DNA of 64,000 nucleotides, taken from contig NMRA01000126.1 of assembly GCA_002633005.1 (NCBI GenBank), positions 16,979 to 80,978 of the forward strand. Reading direction: 5' to 3'. The DNA is from Phoronis australis. Lineage: Eukaryota > Animalia > Phoronida. The position numbers were made by a program, and so were the translations under genes. The notes beneath the pieces are model-generated. The model did not search any database. It was not told the DNA's origin and saw only the letters and a list, made by a program, of their open reading frames with translations. Shown one piece after another: positions 24,428-37,500 of the stretch; the first letter of the stretch is position 1, and the number at the start of each line of letters is the position of its first letter.

Positions 24428-26298
24428 GTACTATTCACAGTGTCAGGATGTTTTGTGACTGATTCCACGGAAACTTTCATCATTTGTTGAAGTATTCAAA
24501 CTTAAATTTTTGTCTTTCTCTTTATACTGAATACCGTACATTTTAAGATCTGGCAGTGACTAGATTTTTATTATTTATTTGTATAGATGAACCTTGTTTA
24601 TAACGTTCTCAGTGGTCTTGCCTACCTGTTTTAGTTTGTCACTGCGACCTGTTTCACAGCACTGGCAACACATTTTAGTGGCCTGCGGCTTATGTTGAAA
24701 ATAGCGAACAGTTTGGAAAAAGGATCACTATCGTAAATACTCTCCACGGTCTGTTTTGAAAAATCTTGCTTCGACTTCATTATCAACAAAAAGCACTCCT
24801 TTACTCTTCTTAGACCCTAAATACTTGAATTAATGCCCTGGTCACTTAAATTGGCAAGCCTGGGAATCCAGGTGTGGGCAGAGATCGATGCTAAAATTGG
24901 AAATTTCAAGAAGTTGGGAGTGGTTGATTATCTGTACATTGGTGCTTAACCTGAGCCAGAGAGTCGCCTTGGCCACCCAAGACCTTTGAAATTGAACTCC
25001 ACTACGGGGTGCGAAAGTTAAATCGGTGCTCTCCAACTGACTTGTGTATTTGAATAGGTACCGAAATATACAACTTGAAATAGGAGAAAATACACTTTAA
25101 AAAATACCTGACGTGCCATCAAAGTCATTGAAGATGCAAAGTTAAGTAAATCTAAGCACAAACTCTCTACTTTTGTTCATGTTGTTCAAATTATGCAACT
25201 CGCATGGTTGAAAATCTTGTGCAAGGCGTTGTATGCCTAGGCTGAATAACGTATTCATCCACGGGAATGAGCACTGTGCAAATTTCATGAGAAATAATCT
25301 CTTGTCATATTTTGGTTACGTATCTAGGACTATATATTCAATAATGAGTATTGCGTGAAACAAAAGCCTCGAAATATTTAACTTTGAGTGGAATTTCATT
25401 GTTGGGTGATTCGAGTTTGCGCCCTTGACACTGAATATGTGCCATATATATGGAAGAGATGTCACATGACCTCGACATTTGCTGGCACTGCCATATATAG
25501 AAAAAGTACTAAGTCAACCACTAAATGTTATGTTCAGACTTTTCAGCTTTGGATTTGAACAAGGCCCGGATTTGGCCCTTAAAACTGCCAGAAAATTGTC
25601 CTTTTGAAAAATATATTTGTTATAGCGTATAATAAGATAAGCGGCCTTTTTAATGTACTTCATAAGAAGCTAACAGAATATGATGCCCTTGGCAACCACT
25701 GACTACGACCATAACTAGCAACTCAAAACTGATCTAGTTTCCGCATTTGCAAGCACACCTTACTGTTTTGAAACTCAATTCCGTAAAGGAAATTATGAGG
25801 GTCCCTACTCCAAACAATGGGTGCTTAATTGACAATTTTCAAAAGTAAGGGATGGGCTCTTTTGGCACATTTGTTGGCATTCGTGCTGTTCCGATGCTTT
25901 CAGGTTTTCAGAATGCTGGTTCCATTCCTTCAAAATGCCCTTTCCTACAGTTCGTTTTTATGAACATTCACCCGGTCTTAACATACCTATTTTGATGTCC
26001 CCAACTTAACTGTGAACCAGCTAATGCGAGTCACAAACAGACCCCTAAATTTTATATTTGTGCACAGCATGTGATGCACAGGCACATAATTTGCTGCACA
26101 CGGCCAGGCAGGCACACAGTATGTATTAACAACAATGATGTGGAGCTTAGTCCGAGATCGGTGAAGATCCATGCTTTCAACTTGTGCGAGTTTTACTGTA
26201 CATATACTGTGGACCATACTGATTTTGTATCTTTACCAATTAAAAGCGAACTCTACTGGTACCCTGGTTTTTTGTTCTCTTAAAAGTTGATTCGGTTA

Positions 26299-26386
26299 CA
26301 GTAAACCTCTGTTACAGCAAACTTTCGTTACAGTGAACATCTTTGATAGAGAGTCCAGGGAAGTTTGCTGTAATGAGGTTCGACTG
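26299..26386. mobile_element. 88-bp Tc1/pogo(Tigger)-type MITE
   Basis: TA|CAGTAAACCTC...GAGGTTCGACTG|TA, with a TA duplication. Confidence 0.7.
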
Positions 26387-26437
26387 TACCCTATTTTAAT
26401 TTTCGTAACTTTCATAATTTTTCATGCTGAAAATTGA

Positions 26438-28432
26438 TTTTTATGCGCCCACATATTTATATGTGGACGCATTATGCCGTCATCTGTCCGTCCGTCCGTC
26501 CGTCCGTCTGTCCGGGCGGCGTCCGGCATCCGCTGCTCTATCTCCAAAACCCTTTGACATACGTTCATGAAATTTGGCACATGTGTTCCATTCATGAATG
26601 GGACGGCATGTGCGAACTTTCGGACGGATCCGACTACCGGTGTGCCCCCTAGTGGCAATTTTAGTTTTTTACGCTTACCTTTGTATCTTCAAAAGTCCTG
26701 AACGGATTTTCATGAAATTTGGTCTATAGGCACCTATTAGTGAGATGACGCTATCCTGCTGTTTTCAGATGGATTCGACATAGTTTGCGACACCTAGTGG
26801 CCATTTTTAATGTTTTCGAGTCTGTTTTTGTGCGTCCACCCCTCTATCAACTAAACCGCTCAAAGGATGATTGTGAAAATTGGCATGTATATGCTTACTA
26901 TGTAGAGGACGGTTGACGATGATTTTCCGACGATTTCGACTACTGTGGCGCCTCCTAGTGGCAGTTTTGTTTTTTTGCGCCTATGGCTGTATCTCCTAAA
27001 CCGTTCGCAGGATCTTTACGAAATTGTGTAAGTATATTTATATGATGTTAACAACGGAAGATGACGACTTTTGGACGGATCCGACTACCGGTGTGCCCCC
27101 TAGTGGCAATTTTAATTTTTTTACGCTTACCTTTGTATCTTCACAAGTCCTTATTGGATTTTCATGAAATTTGGTATGTAGGCACCTATTAGTGAGATGA
27201 CGCTATCCTCCCGTTTTCAGATGGATTCGACATAGTTTGCGCCACCTAGTGGCCATTTTTAGTGTTTTCGAGTCTGTTTTTGTGCGTCCACCCCTCTATC
27301 AACCAAACCGCTCAAAGGATGATTGTGAAAATTGGCATGTATATGCTTACTATGTAGAGGACGGTTGACGATGATTTTCCGACGATTTCGACTACTGTGG
27401 CGCCTCCTAGTGGCAGTTTTGTTTTTTTGCGCCTATGGCTGTATCTCCTAAACCGTTCGCAGGATCTTTACAAATTGTGTAAGTATATTTATATGATGTT
27501 AACAACGGAAGATGACGACTTTTGGTCGGATCCGACTACCGGTGTGCCCCCTAGTGGCAATTTTAGTTTTTTACGCTTACCTTTGTATCTTCAAAAGTAT
27601 TGAACGGATTTTCATGAAATTTGGTATGTAGGCACCTATTAGTGAGATGACGCTATCCTACTGTTTTCAGATGGATTCGACGTAGTTTGCGCCACCTAGT
27701 GGCCATTTTTACTGTTTTCGAGTCTGTATTTTTGCGTCCACCCCTCTATCAACCAAACCGCTCAAAGGATGATTGTGAAAATTGGCGTGTATGTGCTTAC
27801 TATAAGGAAGACAGCTGACAATGATTTTCAGACGATTTGGACTACTGTGGCGCCTCCTAGTGGCAGTTTTGTTTTTTTGCGCCCATGGCTGTATCTCCCA
27901 AACCGTTTGCAGGATCTTTACTAAATTTAGCAAGTGTATTTATGTGATGTTGACAACGGACGATGACGACTTTAGGATGATTCTGATTACCGGTATGCCT
28001 CTAGTGGCAATTTTAGTATTTGCCTCTAGTGGCAATTTTAGTATTTTACATTGACCTCTGTATTTTCATAGGTCTTCAGGTGTATACTTTGTGTTACTTC
28101 GTGACTGTGAAGGAAAAGTTCCAAGTAGAAATTTGTTTCTGGCATTCTAATGCTGTGCTAATCTCGTATGTTGGTAAATTTGTTTTTAATTCTATGTTTC
28201 TGTGGTGCTTTAAGCAACTGGTGTATAGGATGTGCTTGTATTATGAAGATTACTCACATTTTGCCCCTAGCCTATTGAGGAGATAATGACCATGCCTTTC
28301 CATTTTGCTAAGTACAACATACTACATATATGCCCTCTACTGGCCACTTTATGGTACCACTAAACAACCCTAGAGGGAAACCGTATGCGGTGCAATTGTG
28401 GGCGCATTTCAACGCTCTGCGTTGCTCTTGTT
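26438..28432 (+). mobile_element. Full-length DINE-1/HINE (Helentron-associated)-like non-autonomous element with an internal 451-bp tandem array
   Basis: 5' T-run plus atgcgcccacat..atgtggacgcat hairpin and a (GTCC)n microsatellite. Units recur at 26622, 27073, 27524, 27975. The 3' end has subTIR gtgggcgcat, hairpin caacgc-tct-gcgttg, then ctcttgtt. Confidence 0.85.
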
Positions 28433-29057
28433 ATCTAAGAAATTACTTGCCATGTCCATAATTTTAAGCAAGCGACAAATTTTTTTGTTAAGAAAGAGTA
28501 TCTTTGGTGTTTCAAATTATAGGCATTTATAAGCAAACATGTACTTGTCTCAAAAATTAAAAAATGCTGATAATCTCAAGTTTTTCAAAAAAGTTTCAGT
28601 GCCTCATGTTGAAAGATGTGTGACTGTCCTGATTTAAATAGGCAGGCGGCATCAGTAAAGTGCCTTTAAGTGCTTTTGTCAGCAAAAATGTTAGATGTCA
28701 AACAATCAAATGTGCACAGTTTTGTATTCTGTAATAAACAGACTTGATTGGCATTACTAAGTACATTTACACACTATGTGGAGTTTTTTAAATTCGGGCA
28801 TTGATCTGTTGATAGACATCAAATGATGTCCTTATTATGGTCACCAATTGGCCGATCTCCACCAAGTTCAAACTCCTTGCATTTTCAAGCCCATGACAGA
28901 TGTGCCATACTCTTCCAGGCAAAATCTAAAGGTTTTACAGTGACAAGGCTAAACAGGCTCAGAATACTGTGATCACTGCGACATATCATTTGTTCTGCAC
29001 TGCATTCATTTATGTTGCTGCCCTAACAAAATATTAACTGGACGTATATCAATTCAG

Positions 29058-29238
29058 GTTGCCACACCCAGTGATACTGACTCCGACACTCATCTCCACC
29101 CTCCACTACCTGACAAGATGTTCCTGATTTCGCCACCAGCCTCGCCCCCTGTTGACTGGGCACCAGTTGACGAAGCAGAGCCAATCATCAATCATGATCT
29201 AGCCCGGGCACTGGAAGAACTGTCCCACCTTGGACCTG
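29058..29238 (+). CDS. RCAN: RCAN coding exon 3 (LxxP and FLISPP/SP motif)
   Basis: ttcag|VATPSDTDSDTHLHPPLPDKMFLISPPASPPVDWAPVDEAEPIINHDL...GP|gtatg; 181 nt. Confidence 0.97.
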
Positions 29239-29658
29239 GTATGGACATACCGTGTAACATGCGTGTACATAAGTCAGATCTAATCTGATTGAGAAATTTC
29301 ATCCGAGTAGCTTACAATCCAACTTATCTGAAGGGCCGAGTTCACGAACTAGAACAATATGGAACTTCATGGGAGTTTGTGAAAATTCGACTTAATATGC
29401 GAGTTTTACTGTAGTGTTGTTTTCACCGACAGTTGTGGTATCCAAACTGTGAATACTGAAGTCGTGTTACACTAAGTTATTTTACTTGACCTTTTTATTC
29501 AGAACAATGGTAAAATTTCAAACCCTACTCAATTGACATTTTCCAAAATAATGGTGACACAATGGAATACTTCTTGTCACTAGATGGCGATAGAGTAATT
29601 GGTGGACATATTTCAGCATTCTTGGATGGGGATTTAATTCAGTGGGCTTTTCACGGGC

Positions 29659-30480
29659 TTTTTATGCACCCACACATGTACAGGTAGGTGCATTATGCCG
29701 TCATCCCTGTCCATCCGGTTTCTGCTGCTGTATCTCCAAAATCCCTTTAATAATTAACGTTCCTGAAATTTTGCAGACATGTTTCTATACGGATTGGATG
29801 AATGGGCTCATTTTTGGGCGAATCGGACTACTGGTGTGATCCTTGTGACAATTTTAGTTTTTTACGTTTGCTTAATCTTTGGAGTTCCTTGAAAAATTTT
29901 CATGAAATTTGGCAAATAGGTTATCTATTAAGGAGATGACACTGTCCTTTCGTTTTTGGATGGATTTGATGTCTTCTGCACCACCCAGTGGCTGTTTTTC
30001 TATTGTTGAGTTTGTTGTTTGGCCTCTGCCTCTCTGTCAGCAAAACCACTCTTAGGATGATTATGAAAATTGGTTCGTGTCTTCATACTGGGAAGAAAAC
30101 GGCTGACGATAATTTTCGGAAGGCTCTGACTACTGTGGTGCCTCCTAGTGGCAGTTTTTTGCATCTACGGCTGAGCTTAATGAACCTCTCGCAGGAACTT
30201 TATTAAAATTGGCAAGTATACTTTTATGAAACTGACAACAGCTGGCAACTACTTTCTGATGGATCTGACTACCACTGTGTCCTCTTGTGGCAATTTTGTG
30301 TTTACATTTTCTACTCCGTCTTCAGAGGCTCTTGACAGATTTTCATGAAATTTGGGAAATAGGTTTCTATTTAAGAGACAATAGCACCTTCCCATTTCAA
30401 ATGGATTTGATTTATTGTATGCACACTAATGTTCATTTTTATTATTTTTATTTTGTTGGCGTCCATCTCTCTATCTGAAA
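29659..30480 (+). mobile_element. Older, 3'-truncated copy of the same DINE/HINE family in RCAN intron 3
   Basis: Head tttttatgcacccacacatgtacaggtaggtgcattatgccgtcatc followed by diverged cctagtggc subunits. Confidence 0.8.
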
Positions 30481-30543
30481 AATCACTTGATGTAGGATCA
30501 TTTAAAAAGTCCAGACAATCTTATGCTTGAGAATTCTGGATGG

Positions 30544-30953
30544 TGTGCAGAAAATTATGAGTCTTTACTGAACTTACTTGAGGTGAAAAGGCAACATTTC
30601 ACCAGCGTCTGCTGGCTTTTTCAAGCCTGTGAGTATTCTAATGGATTCGGGCAGAGTTGAGAAAATCAGGGAGAAACTTTAGTCAGAATCCTGTCCTAGG
30701 TTTGTGATAGGTTGAGTCTCAAGCCTCCTCCTCTTCGGTTCAAAGATGGATTTTCAATTTCATCATATTTTCACTCCTTGACTCTCTGAGAGGAGGCTTG
30801 ACATTCAACCAAACACACACCTGGGACAGGATTCTGACTAAAGTTTCCTACCAATTTTTTCAACTCCGAGTGAATCCACCAGAGATCGCATAAGCTTGAA
30901 AAGCCAGCAGACGTCTCAAGTAAGTTCAGTAACGACTCCTGATTGTCTGCATA
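30544..30953. mobile_element. ~410-bp foldback element in RCAN intron 3
   Basis: Mirrored blocks tactgaacttacttgag / ctcaagtaagttcagta, cgtctgctggctttt / aaaagccagcagacg and aaactttagtcagaatcctgtcc / ggacaggattctgactaaagttt. Confidence 0.85.
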
Positions 30954-31194
30954 TTATACTCGTACTGAATGAGTCATAACATACATCGAATTCTGGATAG
31001 CCTGGCTTAAACATGATGGGAATTGAAACACATTGCTGTTACAGTTTTTCAAATATTACTCACTGACAGTTGAAGTAGTAACCTTTTTGGTTAATAATAA
31101 TTGGATGTTATTATGTATTGAGCAAAATCACTTGCTACATGTCTAACCATGTTACTTACTCAAGGTATTTTGTTCAACTTGACTTCCTTTTCAG

Positions 31195-31328
31195 GCTCGA
31201 CCCATGAACTGCACCCTGCAAGCAGTGAACAGCCAGGAATAGTTGTTCACATTTGTGAGGATCCCGTAGGTTATAGAGATAAAGCCTACCTCAAGTACAT
31301 CCAGACACGTCGACCACCAAAAACATGA
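31195..31328 (+). CDS. RCAN: RCAN coding exon 4 (PxIxIT-like and TxxP motifs)
   Basis: ccttttcag|(G)STHELHPASSEQPGIVVHICEDP...YIQTRRPPKT*; phase is compatible with exon 3. Confidence 0.95.
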
Positions 31329-32664
31329 TGGCCTTCTGCAGTCGATCGCTGCGAAGGAAATTCTCTATTGTTTGTGAGTCGGTTGATCACATTTTCCATT
31401 GACATTGATACAAAAATTTTTGGTTTATTGAATTTTTGTAAGTTCATTATGAAACATGTCAGAAAGCTGTTGTTGACTTTTTGCGAGTTTGTTGGACACT
31501 GGGTCGTTGGGGTTTTTGCAAATACCTGTCACAAAGCTGTTTTTGACATTTCCATGAGTTCACCGGATCATTGTTATCTATGTAATAACATTTTTGAACA
31601 ATTTTTTTCATGTTTAATTTAGAGATGTTTTCTGAAATGTCGAAAGTTTTGTCAGTCACACATGAAATTTCTATTAGTTAGTCTATGGACCATGCAATGT
31701 TCAGTGGTCTGGATTCACAAACTTGATCATTGTTTTGATAAGTACTCTTAGCCACTTGATAAAGCGATTGCAGAATTTGGTTAATGAGGTTGATTAATAC
31801 TTCCTTAAAGCATGATTTTGATATGTACTTTCGGAGCCGGGATGCTGAAATTGGTTTTGCAGCATCTGTGCTATTTGAAAGAATTTTTGGTTTCTTGTTA
31901 AGCATGAGAATGTAAATTGGACCAGCCATACACACAATACTGAGGCATCACATCATTTGTGGTGATGTAATGTTTGGTGTACACCATGTCAGTCTGATTC
32001 AAATTCTTTGAAGATGGTGGTTAACTTTGCACACACATTTATGACCAAATTGAATCTAACCTGCATAGATGTGTGATCACTGGACATGTTGCTGGCATGT
32101 CACCAACTACGTAGGATGATAGGAGGTATTGAAAGTTGAAATTAGTGATTTTCCTGTGTAGTTATTTTAATATGTGCCTTTGATAGTATATTTTTGTTAT
32201 TATCAAGGACGGTGTAAATTTTGCATACTTTAATTAAATTGGTGGTTTTCGGTTTTGTAAATTTTAATGTTGCTGTATTTTCAAATTTACATTTGTTGCA
32301 GAACTTTTAAACACGAAGCTGTGAATTATTTTTGGTGACAACCGTTAGTATGCGCACAAATTTTACTGATGTAATTCACTGTAAACTTAGGCTGTGCAGA
32401 TCATGTTTGCATGTCAATTTCTGTCTACATATAACTGGAGCGTACTGTTGAACAGTTATTAACATTGCTGAAACTGTCGTGAAAATTTTGGATTCTGGCA
32501 CCCTCTGCGAGCATTGCTTTCTGCTTTTTTGGTAGTTATTCCTCAGTGTTTTTGTTTGTGTTGTGCTTTCGTCAGCATGGGACATAAACGTGTACAAGTT
32601 TTCCTGTACTGAGACTTGAGATCTGTAGATATACTGTTGTTGAATATGTTTAAAGGATATGTGC

Positions 32665-32670
32665 AATAAA
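32665..32670 (+). terminator. Probable RCAN polyadenylation signal
   Basis: AATAAA after a ~1.3-kb U/GU-rich stretch downstream of the stop codon. Confidence 0.5.
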
Positions 32671-33580
32671 GATATAAAAACAGATTAAGTTATATTCGAC
32701 TGACTCACTCAGGTATGATGGACACAAATAATCATTGCTGCATGGTGTAGTGAATTTTTCTACTATTTTCATTTCCTGGACAGTTTTAGTGAAGTCCGAC
32801 GTAGTGAAGGTGATTACAAGTATTTACTTATATTAAGAGGATTAGACTGTGACGCAGCCAGGGCCAGCAGCTTTACTGCAGAGCCCAATGGACACCTCAT
32901 CGGCGGGGTGGGTGAGGGGACACGCTGATGCATGTTGCTGGGACTTGTGGTCATAGTAAAAGTCTAATATACAAACTTACTCTTTACCGAATTTACCCTT
33001 TACCAACTGGTCTTACTGTGTGAGTGCCCTTTACCATTTATTTAGGTCACATCCCGGTAGCTCCGCATTTACCGTGACCTACAGCCGTCCAAAACCCACA
33101 CGTTTTTATCAGAATCGTAAAAAATGACCTGAATGTACACCAAAAAATTGAAAAATGCACTCCATCACAGCGGAACGTCCCCATTATCCCAATTATATTA
33201 ACAACCACCCCGTAAGTCAACAACGTACAAAATGGCTTTTAGTCACGAGTGTGAAAAATGGCATTCTTAACTCTCATGACTGCGTCGATTATTGCACAAA
33301 TCTTTTTGAAAAGAAACCTCACAAATGCTAGCTTTTATTGAATAATCAACAGAAAAAATAGTCTACAAGGGCGCGTTCCATAGAAACTAGCGAAAAGTTA
33401 ATAGATCACAAAATCTCGCGTGAAATGCGAGTTTCGGGAGCTTTGTGCCAGCAGCAAACTGGCAAATAGAATTTATAATTTACCAGGGTTACCCAGTATA
33501 GGGAGATGTATGAGAACACTGAAGCAAGGCCGTAGGAAGAGGTCGGGGGGAGGGGGTCGCGGGGCACACGTGCTACTCGC

Positions 33581-33887
33581 CCCCCCAATAATTTTCAACT
33601 CACGATTAAACCCTGGCACCGCCCTTAGGTGTGGTGCCAAGGAATGCCAGAAAAGAAAAACAGCGAAACAAGGACAAAAAAATTCAAGAGAATATTTGTC
33701 AACTACGAGTGTTTGGTTTATCCTTTGAGGTGCCCCCCAATAATTTTCAAGTGTCAGGGTTAAATCCTGGCAACGCCCTTAGGTGTGGTGCCAGTGGGGA
33801 ATGCCAGAAAAGAACAACAGCGAAACAGGGAGAAAAGAGGAAATTCAAGAGAATATTTGTCAACTACGAGTATTTGGTTTATCCTTT
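33581..33887 (+). repeat. Two ~153-bp tandem copies within a probable non-autonomous DNA element (~33525-33905)
   Basis: cccccaataattttcaa...cgcccttaggtgtggtgcca...aattcaagagaatatttgtcaactacgagt occurs twice. Confidence 0.8.
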
Positions 33888-34277
33888 AAGGTCGCTGGCC
33901 ATGGCATAATCGTACACTTAATAATTCATTCATGTATTTAAAAAAATCGAGGAAATTTGTAAAGCACAACTGTTGCAAAGCAGAGTTAATTCACTCAATT
34001 TCAAATTCAAGACGAGAATTTCGGGGAGTGCAAAACTATATTTCTCCAGCGAATCGTCTGTGGCAACAGATAATAGAGTCATCTGTCGCTCTCTGTTCTC
34101 GTTTTTTCTCGAAATAGTGTATAAGTAGTGAAAACTGAGAATCTGGCATACCATAAATTGCTGCCCATTTCCTTTTTTTGAAATTATAGATCCTTTTATA
34201 ACTGAGGGCCAAGCCCTTGGAGGGGCCCCTTGATGGCATCCATGCGGCCACCCTTTTCGTACTTTTTATTTGTAACT

Positions 34278-34580
34278 CAGGGACAGATCTAGGCGATCAT
34301 AAGGGGAGGTCCAACATCTTGTCTCGGGAAATCACACAAAGCACGATTGCCGGGCGCACCCAGCCTAAAATATAGGAGGGCTCAAATTTCTGAGGGTGTT
34401 CAGTATAAAAAACGGGAAAGCGAATTGCGACGGCAGTGGCCTGAAACATTGTTAAATCTTATTTCAGCCGCATGTTAATTACCGGGGTTAGTTAACGAAC
34501 TCAGTATTTCCTCACGCTCTGGCTGTTTTATTTTTTTTCCGGCAGCCCAAGGGGGGGTCTAGCCCCAATAAATCTGCCTA
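34278..34580 (+). mobile_element. MITE with CAG.GGC.GATC-type ends (diverged)
   Basis: Starts cagggacagatctagg and ends taaatctgcct. Architecture resembles 62275-62512. Confidence 0.45.
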
Positions 34581-37500
34581 ACTGCTCTTAAAGAGGCCGC
34601 TCATAGAGAGAGGGGGCCTCATGATGGAATAGATTGCTTCTATTTTCCCGTTTCTGTGAAATTGTACAATCGTTTGTGTTAAGGAAGGTAATTTCTTTGA
34701 TGGTCACACGATGATGGGATTAACTGTCACGTTTTTCTATTTTAATGATACGTACAGGTAGCCTTTCATATTAAGGGTTCCTTATTCAGACGGGGTCCTC
34801 ACTCAAAGGAGTGGCCCTGGGAAAATTGAACCTTTGCCAATCTATAAATCCGACACTGCCAACTATTCACGATTGGAAGAAGATAAGACTCCAAATTCAT
34901 CGAAAAAACAAAACAAATTAGTGCAATAAAGCCCAGCGGCCCTAACAACCAAAAAGGATTGTGTTGAAAAATACGAAGCATAAACTGCAAGCGAAAGGAT
35001 GGAAGTACTTGAAGGCCTGTATTTGTGAATTATTGATTTTATATCGATAAAATGTCGATACTTTTTCGCATAGTATAATAATTATGTTTCTTCTGAAAAT
35101 CGTTCTTAGGGGTCGTTTATAAGTCGGTCAGACTGTCTGAGTACATTTTAAACGGATTAAGCTTTAAAGTACTGGCAATCGTAAGCAAAGATTTCAGTGA
35201 TGTTAGAGTTCAAGTTGAACTCATAAACAGCAATGGCTACCTCTAGAATGAACAAATAAATCCGGAAAATTCTTGGCTGGCCCCCTACTATGTTCCCGCC
35301 AAATGCCCATCCTGATTGTGCGAGCATTCCATCGGGAATTCTTTACAGTTGATAAACTACAAATTCGTTAGTTTTTGATTTACGATATCTGTCCGTGAAA
35401 ATCGAATGATTCATAGCTGTGTTTTTGATTATTTGAAGCTAATCTTGTGAAAATTGATGATGCTTCAGTTAACCTAGTTGCAGGCTGAAGTTGCCAATGG
35501 GTAAATTTTTATCATCCGCTCTCCAAATAATAAAGTACTCAAGACCATCTTTGCTGTCTGAAATAACTCTCAAAAGTATTGATGAAATTCGAAGATTTCT
35601 ACAGAGTGTCCCAAAAGTGTACTCACTCTTCAAATAACAATAAATGCATTATTTGTTTATTGACTTAGGAACAAGGTTAGCTGTTTAGTCTTTAAATCAA
35701 ATTAAACGCATTGCTCATTAACTTCGGAAGATTAATTGTCTTTGCACGTCCTTGATGTTTTTTGTTTCCAGTTATATTGCGCAATAAATTTTCGTTCTCC
35801 AGACAACTAAACTGAGTCGTTTGTTTGCTTTCATAGCACGTGATGTCTTACGGACGGACTTTGAAAAAAAGGTGTAAGCCGTGCACCAGCACGGGCACAG
35901 AATATGATTCACAGGAACTGAATTTGAACTGCTGGCGTTGTACTGAGATGCGAGTACATGTTTTGCGATACCTTGCGAATCATATGTCCCCAGCCACAAG
36001 AAAATGTTCTACCCGTGTTTCAACAAGGGATTTTGAAACAGCTTAGTGCAATGTACCAGAGAGTATGAAACCTCACCCTTTCGAACTTTACACGGCCTTA
36101 AAGGCATGACTCTAAAATGATTAACCCTAAACTGTACCATACCTTAAGGCCAGTGCACATGGATAAGTACGAGCTGAACTACCTGTTTCAAATGAATCAT
36201 TTGATCTGACTGGCGGCTAGCCTACTTCATCCAATTCGTATTTTCACACCTTCAGTACACTTGAGAGACAGTCCAACTCTCAGCTATGCATCAATCTGCG
36301 CTGGCCAGCTTCATTCTCACTCTCTGTGAAATTTTATCGGTTACTCAACTTGATGGCTGCCTTCCGGGGATTTGCCCCCCATGTCGGGCTCGGGAGGCGA
36401 AATTGGTGACATGCGGGTAATGGCTGGGGTTTTGATAGGAAGGAGGGGCCCAAATTGATTTGTTACCCCAATCCCAATAATTTTTACCTTCCCACGGGCC
36501 TGTAAAGTGATTGGTATGTGACTGAGGTTGGCATGTTGCATGGGCGGCGCACCATAGGGGGCTGGGGGGCTGGGCTATAGCCCTCACTTACTTCAGTGCA
36601 TCGCCGCCCAGACGTTGAATTATGGCCGAGTTCCGTTCTCAGACTATAGATGAGGTTCGATGGAGGTCCGTTTCATAAGCTACGAATTCATCGCTGTAAG
36701 TGCTTTGTGAGAGTCATGTGTTTTTCGCCTCCTTCATTACGAATTTTTTTAGGGTTACAGCCCGATACCCGAAATCCAGACACGTTTACGGAACTACCTA
36801 TTGAACATGCCTATTGTAAGTGGAGATCTTCAAACTTAAACGTTATCAGCAGTCTGAGCAAGTCAATGGCTTTCAGATCAGGTGTTATTTAAAGCACCAT
36901 TTCGCCCTGTTTAGCCTGCTAAAACGAAAATTGAATGAGGCGTTTTGTACTCATTTAGTAAACTTCAAATCTTGTCAAAACATTCCTCAGTTTGATAGGA
37001 TTCACACATGCCGCTTTCGAATTCGCAATTTATGGTTGGCCAACCCCATTGAAGTCGGAAGCCATCGCTGAGGGTTTCGATGTTCTTGTTGATGAAAATA
37101 GATAGCCCAATTTGATTTTTGTTTTAATCCAACTAAATAGTGCGAAAAGATTTCTGCTAAAACTTTTACCGATTTTTAAAAACCGAAACCTAACCGTGAC
37201 AAAAAACACCGTGAAGATTATTACCTCTAATGAAATTTTGGAAAATTAAACTTGGGTTGTTTACCACTGTTTGCTACCAGATAAGATCATGCTTTACCAA
37301 GCCTTGTCAACTCTAACAATAGATTAGTCTTGGAACATGCATGATTGGAATCTAAGGTTGTGATGTTGTCTGATACACCGCTATTCCTTTGCGGAAAATG
37401 CACTAATTTCTAGAAATGTGTGAAAATGTGTGCCTGAAGAATTTTACTATTTATAATAAAAAATGTAAGCCTTGAGTCCTAGAATTTCATGTATTGATAA

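Noticed and set aside
26422-28054. Several 68-78 aa ORFs
   Set aside because: They lie within the non-coding DINE/HINE repeat.
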